A DNA stretch of 64,000 nt, taken from contig JALERP010000177.1 of assembly GCA_022764085.1 (NCBI GenBank), positions 2,682 through 66,681 of the forward strand, read 5' to 3'. The translations under genes and the position numbers were made by a program. Below, piece by piece: positions 19,151 to 29,469 of the stretch. Source of the DNA: Prevotella sp. GTDB lineage: Bacteria; Bacteroidota; Bacteroidia; Bacteroidales; Bacteroidaceae. Numbering within the stretch: the first letter of the stretch is position 1; each line of letters opens with the position of its first letter. The notes under the pieces are model-generated. The model was given only the letters and a program-made list of their open reading frames with translations, was not told where the DNA came from and searched no databases.

Positions 19151-20581
19151 TTATTCTTCTTCTGTTATTTTCTGGGTAATTTTCTTAATCCACTTCCACC
19201 CCTTGTTTAACGGGCTGTTTTCTTTCTTCTCCTGAGCTATACGTCTCTTTTCTTCCTCTTGACGCTCGCGCTCTAATCTTTCCTCTTCTTCACGCTTGCG
19301 GCGCTGCTCTTCCTCCTGCTGGCGCTTTTCTGCTTCAGTGGGGACTACGCCCTGTTTCTTTGGCATATCACGGTTGAGCTGTGAGGGCACTGCATCTGGT
19401 TTCTGGCTGAAGAGGTTATTGGGATCATACTCATCGCCTGCACAGTTTCTGTCGCCCTTGATTAGAAGGCCAAGGATAGTGTTCATCATGGCATTCTTGG
19501 CATTGATGTCAGCGTTGTTGGAAGTAACGGTGTGATTAACGAACTTCGCGATACGTATCTTGTCGATATGCGTATGATTAATGAATGCCTTGTCGATATT
19601 CTTAAGGTTTGAACCACCACCCGTAAGGATGATACCGCCAAGGAGTTTGTCACTGTACTCTGCCGGCACCTGATACCAAACGTTGGCTACTATTTCTTCA
19701 AGACGGCTTTCCACAATCTCTATGAACTTGCGGCTATCAACCTTGCGTTCATTATCAATAGGCAACATCAAGTCATTGTCAATGTCAGCATTCTCGGTGT
19801 ATGCTGAAGCGTACTTCAACTTCATCTTTTCAGCATCCGATTCTTCCATCTGCAGCGAGGCAATATCCTTGGTGATATTATTGCTGCCAAGAGGGATGAC
19901 AGCAAGATGGCGCAGGATATTCTTGCTATATACAGATACCGTTGTTGTGTCGGCACCCAAATCCACAAGAGCGCATCCCGAACGCTTTTCGGCTTCAGTC
20001 AATACACTGTCGGCAAGAGCTATTGGTGATATATACATTTCAGCCACGTTGACATTAATTGTCTCAAAGCACTTGTTCAGATTCTTGTAGAATGTATTTC
20101 GCTGAAGAATGTTAAGGAAATTTCCCTCGATATGAGAGCACTGAATGCCAACTGGGTCGGTCTGATACTGTGAGTCAACCCTATATTCCTGCTGTGCAAC
20201 ATCCAGAATCTCCTGGTCGGGATACTTCATCGCACTATTGGCATCCATAAGGTTGATAACCATCTCCTGTGTCACCTTAGTGGCTGAAGTCAAGTCCTTG
20301 GAAATGATATTTCTCACACTGCGTATAGACTGGCCTCCCACTCCTACATACACCTGTGTAATCTCAGTTTTGAGCTGGGTGGTCAATTTCTTTATTATAC
20401 TGGATATGCACAGGGCAGTCTTGTCAATATTATATACTACGCCCTTGCGTATGAATGAGGATGACTCCTCCTTGACAACAGCCAACACGTTGATGCTGCC
20501 GTCAAGGTTCTTCCGTCCCGCTATACCTGTCACCTTGGAAGAGCCAAGTTCAATTGCTACGATAAAATCCTTTGCTGCCAT
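19151..20581 (-). CDS. ftsA: Cell division protein FtsA with a charged C-terminal extension
   Basis: ELGSSKV, VDLGADTT and ILTGGGS motifs; position between ftsQ and ftsZ. Confidence 0.95.
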   Translation of the reverse strand: MAAKDFIVAIELGSSKVTGIAGRKNLDGSINVLAVVKEESSSFIRKGVVYNIDKTALCISSIIKKLTTQLKTEITQVYVGVGGQSIRSVRNIISKDLTSATKVTQEMVINLMDANSAMKYPDQEILDVAQQEYRVDSQYQTDPVGIQCSHIEGNFLNILQRNTFYKNLNKCFETINVNVAEMYISPIALADSVLTEAEKRSGCALVDLGADTTTVSVYSKNILRHLAVIPLGSNNITKDIASLQMEESDAEKMKLKYASAYTENADIDNDLMLPIDNERKVDSRKFIEIVESRLEEIVANVWYQVPAEYSDKLLGGIILTGGGSNLKNIDKAFINHTHIDKIRIAKFVNHTVTSNNADINAKNAMMNTILGLLIKGDRNCAGDEYDPNNLFSQKPDAVPSQLNRDMPKKQGVVPTEAEKRQQEEEQRRKREEEERLERERQEEEKRRIAQEKKENSPLNKGWKWIKKITQKITEEE

Positions 20582-21354
20582 TATATATTATTGTTATTTT
20601 GTTTCTTTTTACATATTATCTGATTCTCAAAAGCGAGATTTATATAGGAATACTTATTCCATCCAGCCTGTGAAAGACCATAGCGATAGAATTTTTCCAG
20701 TCGTTGCAGTTTCTCAGAAAGCTTGGTTGGATTACCTATATATATAATGTGCTCACCAACACGAGGCACTAATTCCACAGTGCCGTCTGCCAGAACATTA
20801 ACCTGCACTATCTGATTGCGCCAAAACTTGTCATTTACAATGGTGTTCCCAATCTTTGTCAATATCTTGCAGGCATATTTCCGGTTCACTTGGCCAGTGG
20901 CTATCATGATGTCGGAACAGTACTTGGAGTTGGGCATCACACCACCATGATTATCGACATAATAGTCATCCCCATTGTCAGCCTTCACCCTCATCACGGG
21001 GGTACGCTGGGTCAACTTGATACACACATGGCCGCTCTGGGTCTTATAGCATTGGGCATCATTTACAAAAGGACTGCTCTCAAGCATATCCTCGATCTCT
21101 CGCGCGTCAACTTTATCCATTGGTTTCGCCAGGGGATACAGTCCAGACTTCTGCAAGATGGACTTTATCTCGTTGGCATTGAGAAAACCGTCAACCACAG
21201 CATCTTTTATGTCGATTTTCACTTGGTTGCACATCACTTCCATTCCCTCTTCAGGTTCATTGAAGGAGGTGATGGCAAACACGAGATATACAGCCAACAG
21301 AACATCGACCACCACGAGGAGAGTCTTCTTCCAATTGTAAATCCAATACTTCAT
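20581..21354 (-). CDS. ftsQ: Cell division protein FtsQ
   Basis: N-terminal TM and POTRA-like region; C-terminal YSYINLAFENQIIC; dcw synteny. Confidence 0.85.
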   Translation of the reverse strand: MKYWIYNWKKTLLVVVDVLLAVYLVFAITSFNEPEEGMEVMCNQVKIDIKDAVVDGFLNANEIKSILQKSGLYPLAKPMDKVDAREIEDMLESSPFVNDAQCYKTQSGHVCIKLTQRTPVMRVKADNGDDYYVDNHGGVMPNSKYCSDIMIATGQVNRKYACKILTKIGNTIVNDKFWRNQIVQVNVLADGTVELVPRVGEHIIYIGNPTKLSEKLQRLEKFYRYGLSQAGWNKYSYINLAFENQIICKKKQNNNNI

Positions 21355-21357
21355 ATA

Positions 21358-22734
21358 TTAATATTTCTTTTTCAGTATTTTTTCCATTTCGGGCACCATA
21401 TTGTCCAAATCACCGGCACCAAGCACCACCAGCACGTCAAAGTCATGCGACTTGACATAATCGAGCACCTCTTCCTTGTGAATCATCTCTTTCTCAACAC
21501 CAGGCTTGAGGTTGTCGTATATCAACTCTGACGTAACTCCTGGAATAGGTTCTTCACGAGCCGGATAAATGTCACAGAGTACTACATGGTCAAGCAGACT
21601 CAGACTGTCTGCAAAGTCCTTGTAGAAGTCACGTGTGCGAGTATAAAGGTGGGGTTGGAACAAGGCCGTAATCTTGCGGTCACTATACAACTCACGAATA
21701 CTCTTCGCACTTTGATATATTTCCTGAGGATGATGGGCATAATCGCTCAGGAACACTAACTTGTCTGTCTTTATCTTAAAGTCAAAACGGCGATCCACTC
21801 CACCGTATGTCTTCATTCCATATCTCAGTTCATCAGCCGTGCAACCATTTAGTTGAGCCATTGCCATAGCCGCTATACCATTGACAATATTGATAGGCAC
21901 GGGCTGTCCAAGCTCAATATCCTTCACGCTCTCTATAGGTGACACGAAGTCGAAAGTGATTCCTCCATTGACTATACGTACGTTTTCTGCATGGAAGTCG
22001 CCCTTATCCCGACTATAAGTATAGCGTTTCACACCGGGTTGTAAGTCATCCCTCATCTCAAGCCCCTCGTGTATTATGAGTGCTCCGCCAGGTTGTATCA
22101 ATGCCGAGTATTTGCGGAAACTCTCAAGATACGCCTCCTTTGTGCCATATATGTCCAGGTGATCGGGGTCAGTTGCCGTAATCACTGACATCCATGGAGT
22201 CAGCCAATGAAAAGAGCGGTCAAACTCGTCGGCTTCTATCACCACATAGTCACTTTCGCTCAAAATATAGTTTGTGCCGTAGTTCTTGGAGATTCCTCCA
22301 AGGAAGGCATTGCAGTCAAGATGGCTCTGATGCATTATGTGTGCACACATCGTGGATGTTGTGGTCTTACCGTGGGTACCGGCAAAACACAGTCCCTTGT
22401 GTGCCTTTGTTAGTGTGCCAAGCACTTGTGCCCGCTTTTGGATTTCGAATCCACCTTTGCGGAAAAACACCAACTCCTTATGGTCATTAGGTATAGCCGG
22501 AGTATAAATCACGAGACACGAGGCCTTGTCGCGACAAGCCTGTGGAATCTCATCAATATTCTCCTCATAGTGGATTAGGGCACCTTCCAGTTCAAGTTGT
22601 CTGGTGAGCTGCGAGGGTGTCTTGTCATATCCACCTACTACAATACCTTTCTTGATGAAATAGCGCGCGATTGCGCTCATACCTATTCCACCTGCACCTA
22701 CGAAATATACGGCTTTTATATCTTTTATTTCCAT
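21358..22734 (-). CDS. murC: UDP-N-acetylmuramate-L-alanine ligase
   Basis: GAGGIGMSA, AGTHGKTTT, EADEFD, DYAHHP and FQPHLYTRT motifs; ATG 22734 preferred. Confidence 0.96.
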   Translation of the reverse strand: MEIKDIKAVYFVGAGGIGMSAIARYFIKKGIVVGGYDKTPSQLTRQLELEGALIHYEENIDEIPQACRDKASCLVIYTPAIPNDHKELVFFRKGGFEIQKRAQVLGTLTKAHKGLCFAGTHGKTTTSTMCAHIMHQSHLDCNAFLGGISKNYGTNYILSESDYVVIEADEFDRSFHWLTPWMSVITATDPDHLDIYGTKEAYLESFRKYSALIQPGGALIIHEGLEMRDDLQPGVKRYTYSRDKGDFHAENVRIVNGGITFDFVSPIESVKDIELGQPVPINIVNGIAAMAMAQLNGCTADELRYGMKTYGGVDRRFDFKIKTDKLVFLSDYAHHPQEIYQSAKSIRELYSDRKITALFQPHLYTRTRDFYKDFADSLSLLDHVVLCDIYPAREEPIPGVTSELIYDNLKPGVEKEMIHKEEVLDYVKSHDFDVLVVLGAGDLDNMVPEMEKILKKKY

Positions 22735-22752
22735 ATTGCTCAAACGCTTTGG

Positions 22753-22801
22753 TCAATCTTCAACTTTCAATCCTCAATCTTCAACCTTCAACTTTTCAAT
22801 C
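22753..22801. repeat. Heptamer tandem repeat (TCAAYYY x6-7) at the murG-murC junction
   Basis: tcaatct tcaactt tcaatcc tcaatct tcaacct tcaactt ttcaatc; includes the murG stop codon. Confidence 0.85.
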
Positions 22802-23909
22802 TCTCTGCCATCCTGATGACTTCTTTTGCGATGATATCCGCAGAATCAGGCAATGCCAATTTCAGGATATTCTCAGACAGAGATTTCAGTTTCAAATCAT
22901 CAACGACAGTCTTCATTGCCAATGGCAACAATGATGATGGCGCATCGGCATCCTTTACAAGTATAGCGGCATCCTTATTGACAAGAGCCATGGCATTCTT
23001 TGTCTGATGGTCCTCGGCAACATTAGGTGAAGGAACCAATATCACAGGCTTGCCAATGAGACAGAATTCCGAAATGCTACTTGCGCCCGCACGGCTGATA
23101 ACGAGGTCAGCTGCCTTGTATGCAGAAGCCATGTCAGATATAAAATCCATAACCCTCAGATTATCCATCTTAGGCTCTTTGGCAAGACGCTCCATTATGC
23201 TGTCACTATAGTATTTGCCAGTCTGCCAGATAAACTGCACCTCACTGTCCCTTATCATATCCAGATGACCCAAGACACTCTCATTAATGGTACGGGCGCC
23301 TAAACTGCCACCAACAAGTAGAATTGTTTTCTTGACGGGATTAAGTCCAAACTGCGACAGAGCCAACTCGCGTGTCACATCAGATTCGAGCAAAGCCTGA
23401 CGTACGGGATTTCCGGTCTTGACAATTTTGTCAGCAGGGAAGAAACGTTCCATTCCGTCATATGCCACACAAATCTTTTCCACCTTGGCTGCAAGATGCT
23501 TGTTAGTCATACCTGCATACGAATTCTGTTCTTGTATGAGACAAGGAATGCCCATTGCCGCGGCGGCATCGAGAGTAGCTCCACTGGCATAACCGCCCAC
23601 TCCCACAGCAGCCATCGGGCGGAACTCCCTAATAATAGCTCTTACCTGACGCTTGCTCTTGAGATAGTCAATAAGCACACCAATATTCTTTGGCGACCAA
23701 AGTGGGCGTATCAGTCCTCTAACCGGCAAGCCCTTTATGTCGTAGCCTGCAGCAGGCACCCTTGTCATCTCCATTCTTCCAAGAGCTCCAACAAACAGTA
23801 TCTTAGCATCAGGACGCAATGTCCTGATGGCATTCGCAATTGACACGGCTGGGAAAATGTGTCCGCCAGTGCCACCGCCACTAATGACTATTCTCATTTC
23901 TTCACTCAT
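22788..23909 (-). CDS. murG: MurG glycosyltransferase
   Basis: GGGTGGHIFPA, EQN, TGNPVR, GGSLGA, SRAGA and HQTKNA motifs. Confidence 0.97.
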   Translation of the reverse strand: MSEEMRIVISGGGTGGHIFPAVSIANAIRTLRPDAKILFVGALGRMEMTRVPAAGYDIKGLPVRGLIRPLWSPKNIGVLIDYLKSKRQVRAIIREFRPMAAVGVGGYASGATLDAAAAMGIPCLIQEQNSYAGMTNKHLAAKVEKICVAYDGMERFFPADKIVKTGNPVRQALLESDVTRELALSQFGLNPVKKTILLVGGSLGARTINESVLGHLDMIRDSEVQFIWQTGKYYSDSIMERLAKEPKMDNLRVMDFISDMASAYKAADLVISRAGASSISEFCLIGKPVILVPSPNVAEDHQTKNAMALVNKDAAILVKDADAPSSLLPLAMKTVVDDLKLKSLSENILKLALPDSADIIAKEVIRMAERLKS

Positions 23910-23928
23910 ATCATTGATATCTTTTGTG

Positions 23929-23936
23929 CAAAATTA
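23929..23936 (-). promoter_or_regulatory. Internal dcw promoter (-7 element) upstream of murG
   Basis: TAATTTTG on the minus strand in the 92-bp AT-rich ftsW-murG gap. Confidence 0.6.
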
Positions 23937-24001
23937 ATAAATATCTTTGTTATATTCGCATTTTCAACGAATAATTTTCATATTTCAAGTGATTTTATGA
24001 C

Positions 24002-25264
24002 TTAGATGTCAGTATTTTCCACTTTTTCCGTTACAAACTCCTTTTTCTTCTTTGCCGTACGACTGACACTCAGTATTGCTCCGATGTATGCACAGTTGAT
24101 AATCGTTGATGTTCCTCCCTTACTGATTAGCGGCAGCGGCTGTCCTGTAACTGGAACAATTCCAACTGCCACAAGCATATTCGCAGCAGCTTGAATGACA
24201 AGCATCATGGCAAGTCCCATACACAGGAATGCCGGGAAATTGTTATCACAACGGTTGGCAATCCTTGCCGTTCGAAAAAGCAAGATAATATAAAGAAATA
24301 CAACAAGAGCTGCTCCCTCAATGCCCATCTCCTCTATTATTATTGCATATATAAAGTCGGAGTATGCCTGAGCAAGAAAATCTCGTTCGACGGAATTGCC
24401 GGGACCTTTACCTATGACGTTACTTGACACTATTGCAATATTAGCATGCGCCACCTGGGCATCTTTGTCAAGGTCATAATCCTCTGGAGCAATATCTTTC
24501 TTGTCGGCAAACTTATTTATACGTCCCTTCCATGTGTCAGCACGATGGAACAATTTCTCAATTGCATTTCGTTCCTTCTTGGGTTTTGCAACAGCCTCGA
24601 CCTTAGTTAGTTTGTCATTGTCTATCTTAGAATCATCTCCAACGAGTTCTATGAGCAAAACACCCGCCAATACCAATAGAAAGCAATAACCAGTCAACTT
24701 GCCCAGTTGGATATTTGGGACTCGACCAATAAACATCAAAAGAAACATCGTAGAGAAAAGCAACAATGCCGTGGAGAGGTTCTCTATTCCAATTAGGAAA
24801 ATCATCGGCAATGATATTATGAGTATATACTTAAATGCCTGTCTGTCCGCCCCTTTTTCAGTTTGCATAGCTGAAAGTATCTGTGCCTCAGCCAATATAA
24901 TTGTACCTTTTGCTATCTCAGAGGGTTGAAAGGTCTGTCCTCCCAACTCTATCACTCGGTTAGCCCCATTTATGGATTCACCTGCAAATAGCACCCATAA
25001 CAAGGTTACATAGGAAACCAATATCAAGAATGGAGTAGCCAGCTTGAAATACCGGCATGGCACATTAGTAATGACCACGGCGATAAATCCTCCGACAACA
25101 AGCATCAAAGCATGTTTCATTATCGGCATAATGAAGTTATTACTCTTATATGTAAGGTTGCTGGAAGCACTGAACACTTCAATCAAACTTATCATACAGA
25201 GAATAAAAAACACTATCCAAATGACCTTGTCGCCCTTAAATATATTGCCAATAGTCTTGTTCAT
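24002..25264 (-). CDS. ftsW: FtsW (SEDS family)
   Basis: NGANR, FQPSEIAK, DFIYAIIIEE and PVTGQPLPLISKGGTS motifs. Confidence 0.93.
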   Translation of the reverse strand: MNKTIGNIFKGDKVIWIVFFILCMISLIEVFSASSNLTYKSNNFIMPIMKHALMLVVGGFIAVVITNVPCRYFKLATPFLILVSYVTLLWVLFAGESINGANRVIELGGQTFQPSEIAKGTIILAEAQILSAMQTEKGADRQAFKYILIISLPMIFLIGIENLSTALLLFSTMFLLMFIGRVPNIQLGKLTGYCFLLVLAGVLLIELVGDDSKIDNDKLTKVEAVAKPKKERNAIEKLFHRADTWKGRINKFADKKDIAPEDYDLDKDAQVAHANIAIVSSNVIGKGPGNSVERDFLAQAYSDFIYAIIIEEMGIEGAALVVFLYIILLFRTARIANRCDNNFPAFLCMGLAMMLVIQAAANMLVAVGIVPVTGQPLPLISKGGTSTIINCAYIGAILSVSRTAKKKKEFVTEKVENTDI

Positions 25265-25348
25265 CTAATTCTTTTTTATTTTATAAAAATACTTAATACC
25301 AGAATTGCAAAATTTCCTTGAATAACTATAATAAATAGTATCCCCAAA

Positions 25349-26680
25349 TCACAATGCCCTCACTAAATTCATAAACTGCTCACCTCTATCTTCCATATTC
25401 TTGAAAAGATCGAAGCTGGCGCAACATGGGCTCAACAGGACCGTCTCGCCAGGCTTAGCCAATTCATGGCACGCAGCCACACACTCCGGCATCGAATGGG
25501 TATCGCGCACAGGAATTCCCAACCCGTCAAAGAAGGCGTGTAACTTTGTGTTGTCAGCACCGAGATATACCAAAGCAGAGCACTTCTCCTTGACAAGTTC
25601 CTTGATTGAATTATAGTCGTTGCCCTTATCCTTACCTCCGATAATTAGCACCACCTTGGTTTTCATGCTCTCGAGTGCATACCAACAAGCATCTACATTT
25701 GTAGCCTTAGAATCGTTTATATATTGTACGCCATCTACCTTAGCTACTTTCTCCAAACGATGCTCCACACCAGGGAAATCTCCAAGGCTCCTACATATTA
25801 CCTCCTTCTTGATACCTGAAATGTTGGATGCAATTCCGGCTGCAAGACTGTTGTATATGTTATGCTTTCCAGTAAGACTCAGACTCTCCTGTTCCATATT
25901 AAACGGGGTGGGCTTCTCAATCTCATATTCGCCCTTCTCAATATAACCGATACTTCCCTTTTCCTTCAACTCGGAGAATGGGTATTGTACCGCCTTTATA
26001 TCATACTTTGACAATTCACGTCTGATAATAGGATCATCCTGCCAATAGATGAAAGAATCCTGTGGAGTCTGATTCTGGATGATGCGCATCTTGGAATCCA
26101 CATAATTCTGCATACAGTTGTCATATCTGTCAAGATGGTCAGGGGTTATATTCAGAAGAATGGCTATGTTTGCACGAAATTCATACATATTGTCCAACTG
26201 GAACGAACTTAACTCTATTATGTAATACTCATGCGGTTCTTCAGCTACCTGCAAAGCCAATGAATTGCCGATGTTGCCTGCCAGACCCGCATCATATCCT
26301 GCCTCCTTGAAAATATGGAAGATAAGAGACGTTGTGGTAGTCTTTCCATTACTACCTGTTATACATATCATCTTGGAGTTCGTATATCTGCCTGCGAATT
26401 CAATCTCGCTGATTATATGAATTCCTTTAGCGATGATTTTCTTTATCATCGGAGCCTCATTTGGAATGCCAGGACTCTTTATGACCTCATCGGCATTTAG
26501 GATCTTCTCCTCCGTATGCTGTCCTTCCTCCCACTCAATGTTACGGTCGTCAAGCATCTTCTTATACTTATCCTGAATCCTCGACATATCGGAAACGAAG
26601 ACATCGAAGCCTTCCTTCTTGGCAAGTACAGCAGCACCCGCACCGCTCTCGCCTGCACCCAAAATAACAATTCTACTCAT
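25349..26680 (-). CDS. murD: UDP-MurNAc-L-Ala-D-glutamate ligase
   Basis: ITGSNGKTTT, ELSSFQL, DHLDRY, NDSKATN and LLSPCCASFD motifs. Confidence 0.97.
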   Translation of the reverse strand: MSRIVILGAGESGAGAAVLAKKEGFDVFVSDMSRIQDKYKKMLDDRNIEWEEGQHTEEKILNADEVIKSPGIPNEAPMIKKIIAKGIHIISEIEFAGRYTNSKMICITGSNGKTTTTSLIFHIFKEAGYDAGLAGNIGNSLALQVAEEPHEYYIIELSSFQLDNMYEFRANIAILLNITPDHLDRYDNCMQNYVDSKMRIIQNQTPQDSFIYWQDDPIIRRELSKYDIKAVQYPFSELKEKGSIGYIEKGEYEIEKPTPFNMEQESLSLTGKHNIYNSLAAGIASNISGIKKEVICRSLGDFPGVEHRLEKVAKVDGVQYINDSKATNVDACWYALESMKTKVVLIIGGKDKGNDYNSIKELVKEKCSALVYLGADNTKLHAFFDGLGIPVRDTHSMPECVAACHELAKPGETVLLSPCCASFDLFKNMEDRGEQFMNLVRAL

Positions 26681-26696
26681 ATCGTATTTTATTTTA

Positions 26697-27968
26697 TTAT
26701 CTAATCTTTAATGTGATTATTGTCAAAGCCGCCATGATAATCGTTACAATCCAAAATCGTATCGTTATCTTTGACTCATGGAAAGGACGATGTGGCCAAC
26801 TTTTAAATATATATCTGCTGGTAGCGTCAAGTTGGGAGTCGAGCTTGCGGAAGTTATCGTGGATTGGTGTGGCACGGAAAACGCGCACTCGCTGTCCCTT
26901 ACGTTTCTGATACTTAAACCACTGTGTCTGAATTATCACGCTAAGACTCTCAACAAAGAATATGCCACAGAGTATCGGCAGCATAAGTTCCTTATGAATG
27001 ATAATGGCACATACTGCGATGATACCTCCAATAGTAAGTGAGCCTGTATCTCCCATAAATACCTGGGCGGGATAGGCATTATACCACAAGAATCCAATCA
27101 TTGCACCCACAAAAGCGCAGATGAACACCACAAGTTCCTCACTTCCCGGTATATACATGATATTCAGATATGCAGCATATTCAATATGACTCGATACGTA
27201 TGCCAATATTCCCAACGCCACGCCTATAACCGCGGAATTACCTGCGCACATACCGTCCATACCGTCATTTAGGTTAGCGCCGTTGCTTACCGCAGTCACA
27301 ACAATTATTGTCATGACAACAAACAATATCCATCCCGCAGCCTCTTTGTATTTACCACAAAACGCCATAATCTCGGCATAATCGAGATTGTGGTTTTTAA
27401 TGAATGGGATAGTGGTATTTAGCGATTTCTCCGCCTTGCTCTTATGCTTTACCACCATCTCCTGTCCTTGCCGCTCCATAGATACATTCTCGCGCATTAC
27501 TGCATCCGGACTAAAATAAAGTACAAGCCCCACTATCAAGCCAATGGACACCTGACCCACTATCTTATATTTGCCTTTCAAACCTTCTTTATTGCGACGG
27601 AATATCTTGATGTAGTCATCAAGGAATCCAAGGAAACCGAGCCACACCGTAGTGACAATCATTAATATCAGGTAGATATTTCGCATGCGTCCAAGCAGCA
27701 GGACCGGAAGCAATATTGACACGATAATGATAATGCCTCCCATTGTGGGCACACCTTTCTTCTCGACACCAAACGGGTCGATGCTTGCATCGCGCTGAAC
27801 CTCAGAGATGTTGCGGCGCTTCATATATTTTATAAACTTCTCTCCGAACCATGCAGATATTATCAGTGACAATATCAACGTCAACAGAGAGCGGAATGAT
27901 ATATAAGCCCAGATATGCGCTCCGGGAATATCATACTGGTCGAGAAACCTAAACAGATAATATAGCAT
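26697..27968 (-). CDS. mraY: Phospho-MurNAc-pentapeptide transferase
   Basis: KKGVPTMGG, FLDDYIK, NLNDGMDG and FMGDTGS motifs. Confidence 0.96.
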   Translation of the reverse strand: MLYYLFRFLDQYDIPGAHIWAYISFRSLLTLILSLIISAWFGEKFIKYMKRRNISEVQRDASIDPFGVEKKGVPTMGGIIIIVSILLPVLLLGRMRNIYLILMIVTTVWLGFLGFLDDYIKIFRRNKEGLKGKYKIVGQVSIGLIVGLVLYFSPDAVMRENVSMERQGQEMVVKHKSKAEKSLNTTIPFIKNHNLDYAEIMAFCGKYKEAAGWILFVVMTIIVVTAVSNGANLNDGMDGMCAGNSAVIGVALGILAYVSSHIEYAAYLNIMYIPGSEELVVFICAFVGAMIGFLWYNAYPAQVFMGDTGSLTIGGIIAVCAIIIHKELMLPILCGIFFVESLSVIIQTQWFKYQKRKGQRVRVFRATPIHDNFRKLDSQLDATSRYIFKSWPHRPFHESKITIRFWIVTIIMAALTIITLKIR

Positions 27969-27998
27969 TTTTCAGTTTTTTTACTTGGATAAATAGTA

Positions 27999-29447
27999 TT
28001 ACATGAAAATCTTTCTGACTTCCTCGCGGTCGTCAAAATGATGCTTGACTCCCTTTATCTCCTGATAATCCTCATGTCCCTTGCCTGCTATGAGAATCAC
28101 ATCGCCCTTCTCTGCCATCATGGCGGCAGTGCGGATAGCCTCACGGCGATCAGCAATACTGATTACCTTCTTCATCTGTTGGGCATTGAGACCGGCAAGC
28201 ATATCATTGATAATATCCTGAGGTTCCTCAAAACGGGGATTGTCACTCGTGATAATCACACGGTCGCTCTGTTTCACAGCTTCCTGTGCCATAAGCGGAC
28301 GCTTGCCCTTGTCGCGATTTCCGCCCGCACCACAAACGGTAATCACCTTCCCCTTGCCATCAAGCACTTCGTGAATGGCATTAAGTACATTTTCCAAGGC
28401 ATCCGGGGTATGGGCATAGTCAACGATAGCTGTTATACCGTCCTTGGAACGAATAGGCTCCAATCTTCCACTAACACTTCTCAGTGTGCTCATTATCAAG
28501 AGTATATCCTCGGGAGCCTTGCCGAGCATAACAGCTGCACCATATACGGCAAGCAGATTGCTGACATTAAACTTTCCTATAAACTGCACACCAACCTCCC
28601 TGCCATCGATATCAAGATACATTCCCTCAAAATGACATTCGATAATCTTAGCCTTGAAATCAGCAAGAGAACGTGTTGAATATGTTTTCACCGTAGCCTT
28701 GGTGTTTTGTACCATAACCATTCCGTTCTTGTCGTCGGCATTGGTAATGGCAAATGCCGTCTTAGGAAGACTGTCGAAGAATGCCTTCTTGGCATCTCTA
28801 TAGTTCTCAAAAGTCTTATGATAGTCTAAATGGTCGCGGGTGAGATTGGTAAACAACCCACCGGCAAACTTCAACCCTCCTATTCTCTGTTGGGCTATGG
28901 CATGACTTGAACATTCCATAAATGCATATTCACATCCTGCCTCAACCATACAAGCCAAGAGACGGTTAAGCTCAATCGGATCTGGCGTCGTATGGTCTGC
29001 GGGTATTGCCTCGTCCTCAATATAATTGCAAACAGTTGACAATAATCCACAACGATGCCCGAACTTTCGGAACATATTATATAATAAGGTGGCGATTGTA
29101 GTCTTGCCATTAGTACCTGTCACACCGACCAATTTCAACTTTGTAGAGGGGTCGCCATAAAACATAGTAGCCACAGGTCCTACGGCAGCTTCAGTCGAAG
29201 ACACCTTGACGTATGTAACACCCTCACGACGCTCTTCAGGCATATCTTCACATAGCACTGCGACAGCACCCTGCTCGATGGCCTTAGGGATAAACGAATG
29301 TCCGTCCACCTGAGTTCCTCTTACCGCAACAAACAGATGCCCGGGCTTGACGCGACGGGAATCAATATCCACTCCCATAATGTCAACATCGGCATCACCC
29401 GTGATGTCAGCTGACTTCACTTTGCTTAGCAACTCGTTCAATTTCAT
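27999..29447 (-). CDS. murE: UDP-MurNAc-tripeptide synthetase (meso-DAP type)
   Basis: [30 protein letters not shown] (DAP specificity) and AGKGHE motifs. Confidence 0.97.
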   Translation of the reverse strand: MKLNELLSKVKSADITGDADVDIMGVDIDSRRVKPGHLFVAVRGTQVDGHSFIPKAIEQGAVAVLCEDMPEERREGVTYVKVSSTEAAVGPVATMFYGDPSTKLKLVGVTGTNGKTTIATLLYNMFRKFGHRCGLLSTVCNYIEDEAIPADHTTPDPIELNRLLACMVEAGCEYAFMECSSHAIAQQRIGGLKFAGGLFTNLTRDHLDYHKTFENYRDAKKAFFDSLPKTAFAITNADDKNGMVMVQNTKATVKTYSTRSLADFKAKIIECHFEGMYLDIDGREVGVQFIGKFNVSNLLAVYGAAVMLGKAPEDILLIMSTLRSVSGRLEPIRSKDGITAIVDYAHTPDALENVLNAIHEVLDGKGKVITVCGAGGNRDKGKRPLMAQEAVKQSDRVIITSDNPRFEEPQDIINDMLAGLNAQQMKKVISIADRREAIRTAAMMAEKGDVILIAGKGHEDYQEIKGVKHHFDDREEVRKIFM

Positions 29448-29469
29448 ATTCTAAATAATTATATGTTTT

